A DNA stretch of 64,000 bases from Macrostomum lignano (Eukaryota), in NCBI GenBank assembly GCA_002269645.1, contig NIVC01000922.1, positions 124,001 to 188,000 of the forward strand, given 5' to 3'. Below, piece after piece: positions 1 to 10,583 of this stretch. The notes under the pieces are model-generated. The model ran no database searches. It was not told the DNA's origin and was given only the letters and a program-made list of their open reading frames with translations. Made by a program: the position numbers and the translations under genes. Each line of letters opens with the position of its first letter. Within the stretch, counting starts at the first letter, position 1.

Positions 1-453
1 GTAGAAAATGGATATTTTCTGAACACTGGTAAATACCTTATTTGAAGGAATGCGGTCACTAAATTTGTACACTAATTCTGCCTGAAAATTTTAATGAAGC
101 CACTTGCATAACTTTTTGACCGCCCCTCGTTCGCAGCCGAAAAGCTCAGAATTGGAAGTCTCTGGAAGCGGTAGATCGTTGCACCTCGCGACTATATTGC
201 ATATTCTACATCGCAATCAACTAGTGACTGCGTCTGCCTAGGCCAACAAGCCAGCTACGTACGACAATGTCCTTCGGCAGGAGCAACGAAGTCTCAATGG
301 GAGGGCCATTTTTCCCTGACGACGCCAGCCGCGTCGAATTCCTGCTCGACCTGGCCGTGGACAGAGTTGATCAGTTGCTTGCGTTGAGTCGACGCCTCGG
401 CCGGGAGCAGTCGACAGCCAGCGGCGGCACATAAGCTGGGTGACTGTGACGCA

Positions 454-1011
454 GTGGAGAATGACGATACAGTTTCGCCATTGCCGCAGCCAACTAACCC
501 GTTGCTGATGTCATTCTACCTCCGCGCCTGTCGTTGCAGCTCTCTGATGACGCGGAATCTTCGATCGGCTGGGTACGACGTTAGCGATGTCGAGGAAGAC
601 GGCCTGAACTGCCTGCACGCGTACTGCCTCGGCGTAGCATCGCAAACTGTGCCAGACGCAATCAAATTGTTTGTCCACCTGCGCAACGAGGTTTTCACTG
701 CTGTCGAACTGCGTCGGATGACGCGTCAACCGTGCGGCATTGGATTGCTACCCTGCGAACTGCTCGTCTATCTGGGCAGGCCCGACGTGTTCAACGCAGT
801 CACTCGGTGCGGCATCGCGCCGGCTCTCGAACGCTGGATCGATTCAGCTCAGAGCGTGCGTCGAATCGATCTCAGCCTGTACGATTTCGGCGAGAGAAGC
901 GCCGTATCGCCGCTACTGTTGCTGGTTGACAGGTTCGGCAGAGGCAAACGATCGCTGGAGACGCTCCAACAGCAGGGTGTCTTCCGAGACCCATGCAGAC
1001 TCTTTACTTAG
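454..1011 (+). CDS. Hypothetical protein or exon (185 aa ORF), possibly ankyrin-like; start uncertain
   Basis: GC-rich open frame among AT-richer flanks. DGLNCLH resembles an ankyrin G-x-T-x-L-H turn. Starts at GTG; a short ATG ORF in another frame lies at 267-434. No family recognised. Confidence 0.3.
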   Translation: MENDDTVSPLPQPTNPLLMSFYLRACRCSSLMTRNLRSAGYDVSDVEEDGLNCLHAYCLGVASQTVPDAIKLFVHLRNEVFTAVELRRMTRQPCGIGLLPCELLVYLGRPDVFNAVTRCGIAPALERWIDSAQSVRRIDLSLYDFGERSAVSPLLLLVDRFGRGKRSLETLQQQGVFRDPCRLFT

Positions 1012-1794
1012 TCAGTGGTTTCGCAAGGAGTGCAGGTTAGTGATTTTCTGTGCAATCCGGGCATTGGTTTTCAGAGTTCTCATGAAATAAATATTCTTCT
1101 ATAAAAGTCATTGGAAGCAACGTTAGTACAGAGGAGGATTCTCAAGTGTCAAGAAACTTTTCCTATCCCATTGATTTTAAGATTAGCCCTGTGAACATGT
1201 GGTGTGGACATGTTGGTATTACATTAGTAATTAGTATATAGTAATCACTAGTAATCAGTAACCCTTTTATACCTCACGAAGACAGTCCATTTACTCGGCA
1301 CCATGAATTAAAGAAGAAACGCCTTTATAATGAACTTTACCGTGATCGAACGAGCCTGCACTTAGTTTTTGTAGTTTTTCTTCTACTGCTGTTCGGTGGC
1401 GATTCAGTTCGTCAAATTCAGGTGTCCAGCTGCAACGGCGACACGGACGGCACAAAAAAAACGATGTGGAATTTAAACCGCCGGTTTTTCAGTTGTTCCT
1501 GCTGGCCTGGCGGATGGCTATAAACTTCGGTCTATGCTGCATCATGGCTTGGTGCATCCTGAGCAGAGAGATCAGTTTGCGGCGGATTGGCTATCCGCGA
1601 TGCCCGCGAAGAGGCTATACAGAGATGCTGCGATTCATGGTGCCCAGGTTCGTAATCAGACCAAGACTTTGTTTTGTTATTATTTGTAACAAGTCAAAAG
1701 GTTCATATGTACGCTCGTATTTTGTCTACTATATCGCCCCCACGAGGCTTCAACAGATTTTAGTCGATTTGAGACTAAATAAGAGAGGGTTGTA

Positions 1795-2055
1795 GAATAT
1801 TGGTTGGACTGAAAGGTCAGAGGTTCGATTTTTGACCCACTGGAGTGAATTTGTGTAATTGAGCAAGACACTTAACTCTGCATTGCTTCAGCTCACCGAA
1901 CTGTAAATGGGTGCCAGCATTAGCTGGGGTGATTGAGGGTGTGTGTGGCGACTCCCCAGTCCTTGGACTGAACAGCCGTCCGAAGCCTTTAGATGCGCCA
2001 CGCAATAGCTGCGGCTGATCTCCACATCAGGGAAGGTGTAATCAATAAATAAAAT
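1795..2055 (+). mobile_element. tRNA-derived SINE with CORE-like central domain, copy 1
   Basis: B-box-like GGTTCGATTT followed by TTGAGCAAGACACTTAAC...CTGTAAATGGG, which resembles the MIR/CORE motif. Body is shared with copies at 16065-16260 and 60865-61005. A-rich 3' end. Confidence 0.7.
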
Positions 2056-2103
2056 ATATTTGGGATCACTGATCGGATTGTAGGCTAGGCTAAAATTCTG
2101 ACA

Positions 2104-2624
2104 GGGAAACAGCACGCAAGACTCTCCTTGGTGAGTACGTCCCTGGAGATGACAAAGCCAGGGTTAGGGATCCATCGCTGGTTGCGAGTCAACTGTCACC
2201 TTTAATTGAGATCGTACTTAAGGCCTCCCTTAAGTAGTTTGAAGATTGAGAAGACGCTTGGTTCTTTTTCTCCACATTGTTGGCGCCTTTGACAACGTTG
2301 TCTTTGAAGCGTTTCAGAGGGCCCTTCAAAACCGCAAAGCTCACGCTACCCTCATACGGTGGATCATGTACATGATCTCTAACCGTACGCTCACTGCCCA
2401 ACTTCTTGGGCAAACTGCCTCCGCCAGAGTCTGTAAGGGTGGACCCCAAGGCGGAGTCCTTACCCCGACGCTCTGGAAACTGGTCATGGACGCTCTCCTG
2501 GGCAACCCATGACCTGATCCCGTCTTCAAAGTCGGGTATGCAGACGACGTCACTGCCATTGTGTCTGGGCCGTTCCCCAGCACGCTCAGGGATCTGATGC
2601 AGAGCTTTATCCGCAAAGCAGAAT
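2104..2624 (+). mobile_element. Non-LTR retrotransposon (RT + RNase H, R1/LOA/I-group type), fragment 1: RT core, 5'-truncated and decayed
   Basis: LFLHIVGAFDNV, GGPQGGVLTPTLW and GYADD RT motifs; in-frame TGA at 2510-2512. The frame continues across the CACTA insertion as KAES|WANDNGL. 5' boundary approximate. Confidence 0.85.
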
Positions 2625-3713
2625 CCCACTAAAAACGGGTTATCGGATTGACATCGGAATCTGGCCGGATTTTAGCAGGGCAATCGGAATCTGGTGGAAC
2701 TAGATTTGCAAGCAAAAAAACGATGAAAAATGTGCTCCAATGACATCCAAAAACTACACAAAGTATTTCCTGGCTTTCTTTGCTTCTCGGAAGCACCCCG
2801 GAAACATACCGGAATATGAGGCTCCATATTCCGACCGGAATTTACACTGCACCCGAGCCGTCACTTTCCGACAATAATTTTGAACGCAAGCTTCGCAAAA
2901 ATATCAGCATACTTATCAACTAGTATGATGACTGTCCACTTTGAAGAAAAAACTCTTTTAGACGGGAATTCTGCGCCCTCGCAATTTGCAAGAAGAACAG
3001 CTAGCAAGCTTTGTTTTACGCGATCAAGTGTTGAAGCTATTGACCAGTTTAATTTGCACACTTCCATTTTCACTAATTTGCGCTCGCTTGGAACATCAGC
3101 TCTTTTGAACACAGCTCCTTTAGCCAACACAGGACAGTGAGACCACAACTTTGAACTCTCTGCAACTTCATCTGTGGTTACACGCAAATACTATACTAGT
3201 ATGCTACTCCTTTCGTTCATTTAGTGCATTTCTTTAGTCTCCTATTATCTTGTATGCTTGAATTTTTTACTGGCGGACTATATAATCGCTAATTTCAGTA
3301 ATAAAATATATTATTATTGTTTATTTGTGATAACAGCTAGCCAAAACTATTATACTATACCTAAAAAGAACAATTTGGTATACTGCAATACTGCATAGTG
3401 AGTTTTGACCATAGTGGCACTTGCAGAAGCTTATTAATATTTGAGTACAGTATATGATAGGCACCAATTGTCCAGCTATACATAATATATACTGACATTG
3501 TACTATACTCATAGCCAGTTTCAATTCAGACCATCGCAAAGTAGTAAACAAGGGCCAATTCTATAAATTCTATCTAGTGCTAGTCCTAGATTTCTCATAT
3601 TGAAAGAGACTGCAAATTAAAATAATTGACTACATTGTGTACTAAAAACATATAAGGCAAAAGCTAGTTCTAATAATAAATAAGTATTGTCATTTATTGA
3701 TTAATTTGATTTA

Positions 3714-5624
3714 ATGGCTTTGCCAAGTCGTGCATCAAATAGACAGGTAGCCAGGGAAATGCAAGAAATACTACAAGAGCTTCCGACGATTGGGGCTACA
3801 AATATTGAGGCTAGGCTAGATCTAGAAAATGTGATGGGACAAAATGAAGATACAAAGAGCAATGCTGAGCCTGAAGAGACATTCTTTGATGCAGTGGGTC
3901 CAATGCCAATGGACTTTGATAGCCAAATGCATGCTCTTTTTGAGGAAGAAATGGATGAAGAAGTTGAAGAACAAGATGACTCTCTTGGCTATAATAGACC
4001 TCCGCCACTTACTTTGGTGCAAGAGTTACTATTGTTTTACATAACATTCAATATTACTAGTGCTGCCATGAATTACCTACTTCGGCTTTTGGCTCGTTTC
4101 TTCACTGACATACCCACTTCTGTCTACATGCTTAAGAGGCAGTGTCCAAGCACAGAGATCACGAGGTTCAATGTCAATAATGGTCATGTTGCCTTTCTCT
4201 CCATTGTGGACAATTTGAAATTTTTACTTGATTCCAAAATCCTTACAATTCCATCTGGAATTACAAACTTCTTTGTTTCCTTAAGGGTAAATGTTGATGG
4301 TCTTCCTTTATTCAAGTCATCTAGAATCAATCTTTGGCCTATATTGATGCTAGTAAATAATTGTTTTAGACCTGTGCCATTTGGCCTTTTTTGTGGCATT
4401 GGAAAGCCTGACCTACATGTCTTCTTAGAAAGGTTTTGTTCTGAAATTGCAGGTCTACAGAATGGTTTTGACTATAATATGAAAAGAATTTTTATTAAGT
4501 CAATTGTCTTTATCTGTGACACACCTGCTAGAAACTTTATTCAATGTTTGAAAGGTCATTCCAGTTATCTTGGCTGTAGTTGGTGTCGTCAAGTAGGAAA
4601 TTACACAGGTGACAGAATTTGTTTTTCTAATACCATTGCAGAGGCTCGAACAAATCAAGATTATGAACAAGGGCGTGAAAATAACCAACTTGGTATTTCT
4701 CCACTAGCCAGGATTGTTCCAATGTATTCCAATTTTGTACCCGACCCAATGCATATTGTCTACTTAGGGGTTGTAAAGAAGTTGCTCAAATTTTACTTCC
4801 TTGGAGCAAAGCACATTCGACTTGCTTGCAAGTTGTCATCCCAATTAAAAGAGGAAATAAATAGAAAAATAATGTATATTAAGGAATTTGTTCCTTCAGA
4901 TTTTCAAAGACGGCTTCGCACTTTTGCTGACATTGAATACTTTAAAGCAACGGAATTCCGCCAATGTCTTTTGTACTTTGGTCCGTTCCTTTTTAAGAAT
5001 ACCTTGCCAAAGGTCTACTTTAATCATTATCTATTATTGCATTGGTCAATTTCAGTCCTTAATTCACCTGAGTACTGTGAAATTTATTTTGATGCTGCTG
5101 AGGCTTGTTTGAAAAAGTTTGTTGCTGAGGCACCAAGCCTATATTACAACAGTGTAGTTTCTTATAATTGGCATGCTCTGTTGCACCTTCCTGAGTTTGT
5201 GCAAATGTATGGCCCACTTGACACGTTTTCAGCTTTCCCTTTTGAAAACTACTTGCAATTGATCAAGAAGAGAATTCGTTGTACCAATCATGTTTTTGCC
5301 CAATCTGTCAACCAGTTGTTGAATGTGAGATTTTTATATTCTAATGACAAGTTGGGTGACATTGGTTTTACTAATAAGAGTCCTAATAACTGTGCTATTG
5401 TTGATGGAAAGGTTGTCATTGTCACCAATTTAAATGATGGTCTTATTTCAGGCCAGGTTCTCACATTTGATAGAAGCCTTTATTCCTATCCATATCCATC
5501 AAAATCAATTGGCATAGGCTACTATAAGCATTCAAAGACATTTGTATCCAACTTGCAACCTTCTAAGAAGGCCATTCTAATTCCCTTTGGCGGAGACTAT
5601 CTGGTCATTCCTTGCATCAAGTAA
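3714..5624 (+). CDS. EnSpm/CACTA-like transposase, 636 aa, uninterrupted
   Basis: Motifs NVDGLPLFKSS..LWPI, CDTPAR..F..LKGHSSYLGCSWC, DPMHIVYLG, FKATEFRQ.LLY, YNWHALLHL and YGPL..FSAFPFEN, typical of animal CMC transposases; lies inside the TIRs. Confidence 0.88.
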   Translation: MALPSRASNRQVAREMQEILQELPTIGATNIEARLDLENVMGQNEDTKSNAEPEETFFDAVGPMPMDFDSQMHALFEEEMDEEVEEQDDSLGYNRPPPLTLVQELLLFYITFNITSAAMNYLLRLLARFFTDIPTSVYMLKRQCPSTEITRFNVNNGHVAFLSIVDNLKFLLDSKILTIPSGITNFFVSLRVNVDGLPLFKSSRINLWPILMLVNNCFRPVPFGLFCGIGKPDLHVFLERFCSEIAGLQNGFDYNMKRIFIKSIVFICDTPARNFIQCLKGHSSYLGCSWCRQVGNYTGDRICFSNTIAEARTNQDYEQGRENNQLGISPLARIVPMYSNFVPDPMHIVYLGVVKKLLKFYFLGAKHIRLACKLSSQLKEEINRKIMYIKEFVPSDFQRRLRTFADIEYFKATEFRQCLLYFGPFLFKNTLPKVYFNHYLLLHWSISVLNSPEYCEIYFDAAEACLKKFVAEAPSLYYNSVVSYNWHALLHLPEFVQMYGPLDTFSAFPFENYLQLIKKRIRCTNHVFAQSVNQLLNVRFLYSNDKLGDIGFTNKSPNNCAIVDGKVVIVTNLNDGLISGQVLTFDRSLYSYPYPSKSIGIGYYKHSKTFVSNLQPSKKAILIPFGGDYLVIPCIK

Positions 5625-6325
5625 ATCAAGTTATTTGCCTGAAGTCCATCGTCCATAATTGTGTCTTGCCTAAGTTGTTTACAAATGTAATTGTGTATAC
5701 AGTCAGCAAATATAATTTAATTAGGTCTAGAATAAAAAAATATATAATTCCATATATATTATATAATATTGAAGTAGTATAGCCATTATAGCCATTAACA
5801 AACTAAAGCATTTGTTCGGATCATGGTATGAAATAAGATGATCATTATTATTTTTATTATTATTATTAATTAATTTTATTACAAAAAACAATTATTATTG
5901 TTTTGTATAATTTCTATGCTTTATTATAACCTTCCTAAGTGCTTGCAAATATGAGTACGTATTATTTAAGTAATGTGTCCTTCAATGTGAATGTCCTAGT
6001 CAGACTATTTATGATTTTTGTGGCAGAATTCTAGTGTAAATGTATTTTGACAAGTTGTCTACTAGTAAGTTAGCAAGTAGCAATAGGCCCCTATGAACAA
6101 TTCAATAAACATTTTTTGTGTATCCTCTAAATTTGTAACTCACTTGTTCCAATGGAATAATTACATGTTATGTGCCATATTATGCTGTAAAAACTTTAGT
6201 TACTGCTTGGCCAACATTACACCACAATGAGTAAATAGTCCTTCTTAGTACATGCAGTGTCTTGTGCAGTTGCTAAATCATTAAATAATAAAACTTTAGT
6301 TCAGTAATCTTGTTGCAGTGACTCA

Positions 6326-8836
6326 ATGAAGTTTATTGTGTATTTTACCTCTGACTATGAAGTAATAGAAGCTGATGAGGAAGATTGCCTTCTTGGCTCT
6401 TTTACTAAGTGGACTATTGAGCAATGGAGGCAAGTGGACAAACTTGAAGAAGTTCATATTCAGGTAATATATAATGACAAGTTGGAAGATTGCATTGTTT
6501 TGCAAGTTGTTCCACATGCCTGTGACACCAGTGACACTGTTGCCATGCTACGAGCTGTGGTCAAAGAGAAGCACTATCGTCCAAGCAAGCTACTAAAGAT
6601 TCTGCCAGATCGTGTTCGATCCAACAAAAGACAGACATTTCCTCCTATGAAGAATCTTGAGACAGACAATGATGCAACAGATATTGATGCTGTAAGTATA
6701 ATGTAAAATAATATTTAATTTAATATTTAGTATACAACTAAGGTCTGCCACGTGCGTTAATATAAAATATAAAATAATATAATTGTAGGTTGCTGATGCA
6801 GCCAGCCATGGACAAGCCAACCGGGGTCCCACACAGAGAAGTGAATCATTGTCTGGGTCTTCTGGTGTTGTTTGCCTCCCTCCACTGCCAACTCTGCAAG
6901 CTTCGGGAATTGCAGAAGTACGTGCTTACATTTGTGTCTATTTAAAAATGTCAAGCATTTATAGTCTTTATGTATTCATGCATTTGGAGTACAGTATGCT
7001 TATTAATTTCAAATTATTGCACTTGGCAGTTTGCCAGACATATTACAAAATGATTGAGACAGTTTTAATAGTTTGGATTTTATTCTTTTCTTTAATTTCT
7101 CTAATCTAACACTGTCTTCACCTCACCCCAATGCCAGGCTAGCGTGACGGCTTGTTGTCACACATCACATTGTTATGTTTATATCTATACACCTCTGTTA
7201 TGTCTGCATCATCTCATTCAATGCGTGTATGGTTACTGTTGAGTATATCATTTCTCCTACTATGTTACAGATTAACGTGCTGAGAAAAAAATTATCTATT
7301 CTAATCATTTCTTTACCAACCCAGGCCTACGACGGCACAATGGCGCAGAGCACTGTCAGGAAACTTCAGAACCGCACCTCCATGGCACCTCCACCAGAAC
7401 CGCAGTCGATCGACAGCCCAGCCTTTGAGCGACTGCACCCTCAAGCAGCTCTCAATTCGTCTGGAAGCTCGACGCCTACTCGACACCCGTCTAGGCAGTT
7501 TTCGTGCACTCCAACTTCAGCCCCAAGAGCCAGCTTCTCGCGCGAACAGCTGCGACAGCCTGCGCAGGTAATTTGTAAAACTCGTTTCATGAAGTCTTGC
7601 AACAGTTTTTTTCAGAACTTGCCACGGTTTCTAACGAAAATTTAATCCACAGTTTTCAGCTCTGCCTCAGCTGGAAACGCAAGCCAGAAGCCAGGTTGAG
7701 GCTTGTGGGTACACGTGGGGATCTGTTGAAGGTAATGGAGTTATTGTTATTGACGCTGAGATAGCAGTAGTTGACAACAGCCGCAAAATGTAACTGGTGA
7801 CCAGCGCACACTCGTTGCTTGAACAGCTAGGTGGATGAAATCGACAGCGTCTAGCTTGGAACTGGCACGTAAATTGAAGTTAATTTACTATGCAACTTTC
7901 AACTCATTATTCAGGGCTCTACTGTCTGCAGCTCTTGAGCATTCGCGAACTCATGAAGCTAAAGGCCACGATTGAGTCGTCCAGTCTCCGGGGAGCTGCT
8001 GCGGCACCCACGCTCGAAATTCCATTCGGGCTTCCTGTCGCAAACGAGGCCGACCTCAACAGTGCAGTCGAGAAGATTTCTGCCAGTGCGGAGGCCAAGA
8101 CTGCGCTGGTTAGTTAATATCTTATGAGCATTTCTCTTACTATTAAACTTCCACCATGCGTTCGGAACTTCGGTACTGTAGACTCGGGGAAATGGTCCAG
8201 ACGCTTTCATGTGTGAATTTTAGACTTCGTTCATTCAGAAAAAGTGCCTGGGCCCTTCTGTGACTCAGTCTGTTCGCTATGCGATGAACGAGCTTCTGGC
8301 GCGAGACTTCCAGCAGCGCTTCAATCGCACTGGCGGCAAGGATGCCCGAGGCCGTGGCCAACAAGAGAACTCCAAGATGTCTTTCGACAAGTGCTTTGGA
8401 GGGATTGTGAAGGGTAGGTTATGCTTTACTGTCGCATATGTACCAATTACCAGAGTTGATTCTTAATAGTGATATCAATAGTGATATACTGTCTGATACA
8501 ACGTACTGATAAATGTACGGGGTGGGTACTGCCATAACCATACGTATTCATGCCGTAATTCATACATGTATTTCTCTCAGGTCAACAGTTGTGGACTTGA
8601 CAACCTGCTTATGTTGTGATTGTCAAATTTCAGACGCGTTGGGCTCTTCATTTACGCTGCACGACATCAATAAGGCAATCGAACGGTTCTTCGATGGCGT
8701 CCGGAAGCGTCGAAGCCACGAGGGATCAGCTGAATCGGACGTGGCCGGCGGGCATGGCGCCCCCACTCCAAGCAGGCGTCGCTCGACGATGCGAGTGCAA
8801 CGCATATCCGACAGCACTGACGAGGAAAATATGTAA
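6326..8836 (+). CDS. Second, spliced gene of the CACTA element (DUF4806-like accessory protein)
   Basis: GT-AG exons with compatible phases: 6326-6691, 6789-6917, 7325-7567, ~7653-7731, ~7915-8108, ~8224-8413, ~8631-8836 (later boundaries approximate). C-terminal LPVANEADL...VRYAMNELLA...FNRTG...KMSF...INKAIERFF resembles DUF4806 proteins that accompany animal CMC elements. Confidence 0.65.
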
Positions 8837-9708
8837 CTTGGTGGCATAGTAAAAAATTGTCCCTTTCGTCGAAACTTCGCGCTAACTTAAATTTTAACTG
8901 CTCCGAGACCGAAATGCTAGTGTAGTACAACTGGGTTTGAAGGCCGCGAATTTGAACAGTTTCACTACAGCAATTTAACGTCTTCAGTTCACTCGCAGCG
9001 CAGCGCCTTACAATTGTTCACTCGATTGCAGCGCGCTTTTCAAACTGGTGCGATTATATTTTAATTAGACAACGATTAAAATAATTTATAATTAATATTT
9101 GCTTTATTTTCAAGGGTCAAAAAAGTAGAAATTAATAACATAATAATGCTATTTGCAATTGCTATAGTTACTATATAGCAACAATTAAATATTTAGTGCA
9201 ATTTTAACAGAACATTTTCAGCCGCACTACACTAGGCCTAATCAAATTGACCTAACAACTATAAAATACTTGTCGAACTGTCTCCAACCTGCACCCTATT
9301 AGTGACTGCTTTGGTGGCCCACCACGCGTTGCTGCAATGTTCTATTTTGTAAACACTAAATAAACACTTATTATTCCTTTCCATCTGCTGCCATTGAGCA
9401 ATTTTGTATTTGATGTAAAATGATGCACACCCGGTCTTTGTGTCATTGAATTTTCAGACGGGATCGGGCTGTCTAAATGTACATGCGTGACTGCGTGTAC
9501 ACTGATCTTCGGCTACATTGTAGCACATGCATGTTTGTACTCGCTTTGTGCTTCGTCATTTATATCAGCTCGGAAAGTGAAACGAAAAGCTCTGGATGAG
9601 TCCGATCGTCAAATCCGATCAGAATCCGAATGGATTTCCCGGGACAAATTTCCACTCGGTTTCCGAGCTGCATTTCCGATCGGAATCCGACCAAGCTTTT
9701 TTAGTGGG

Positions 9709-10100
9709 ATCCTGGGCTAACGACAACGGTCTGGAACTCTCTGAGCCCAAAACTTTTTGCCATTATGTTCACCAGCAGAATACGCTGGAACATACGACCT
9801 CTGCAGTTATACGGCAGAGATATTGCCTTCGCGCACCAGACCAGATGGCTCGGGGTCATACTTGACCACCGGCTCAACTGGTCCTTCCACATGAAAGCAA
9901 AAGCCAAGCGTGCCTCAGCCATCCTGGCCCAGCTCCGACGAGCACTAGGCACTTCTTGGGGTCTATCCCCAAAGCGGCTTTGGTGGATCTACACTTCCGT
10001 AGTTAGACCTGCCATTACGTACGCCTCGGTTGTCTGGGTTAGCGCTACCCAGGTCAAAAGCCATGCAGATTTGCTCAACACGATCCAGGGCAGAGCGTGT
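9709..10100 (+). mobile_element. LINE fragment 2: RT C-terminal/thumb region
   Basis: WANDNGLELSEPKT, a 1-nt frameshift, then WLGVILDHRLNW...LWWIYTSVVRPAITYASVVW...LNTIQGRAC, which continues as RLICNATRSTP after the next insertion. Confidence 0.85.
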
Positions 10101-10583
10101 TGTGACGATTAAATGGCAGACTCGGGATCAAATGACGAAGGCGAATACAACAGAGGCAAATTTGGTAGCGGTAGTACTCGATGATAGTGACGAATGATGC
10201 GGGCGATTGCCGCAGTTCTCATTTATTGTACCCGTATGAGTGGATAGTTAGGCTCGTTAGTTATCAATTCCGTCTGGGTTGTTAATAGAGATGGGCCTGA
10301 GTATTTTGCTGAATCCGTAAGGAATGCACTGGGCGGCTGCGCAACAATAAGATAGATGATAGAGCGAGTTGAGAGCCTGAGGCAATGGCGATGATGTGAT
10401 GGCAGTGATCGAATGGTGGCGGTACTCGTAGCGAGAACCCTGTACAAACGGTAGTGGTGGCGTGATCGAGAAGTGGCGATGGCGGTGGCGCGACTGAGAC
10501 TTGGCAGAGGCATGGCTTAGAACTGTGGCGGAGCGAGGGGAGAGAGAGCGCGGGCCGGAAAACGAAAGAGGGCCTAACCCCGG

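Larger units (their letters stand above)
2625..9708 (+). mobile_element. CACTA/EnSpm (CMC superfamily) DNA transposon, 7084 bp, apparently full length
   Basis: Terminal inverted repeats CCCACTAAAAA (2625-2635) and TTTTTAGTGGG (9698-9708); 2-bp TSD AT (2623-2624, 9709-9710); subterminal TCGGAAT/ATTCCGA-like repeats at both ends; encodes a transposase and a second gene. Confidence 0.9.
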
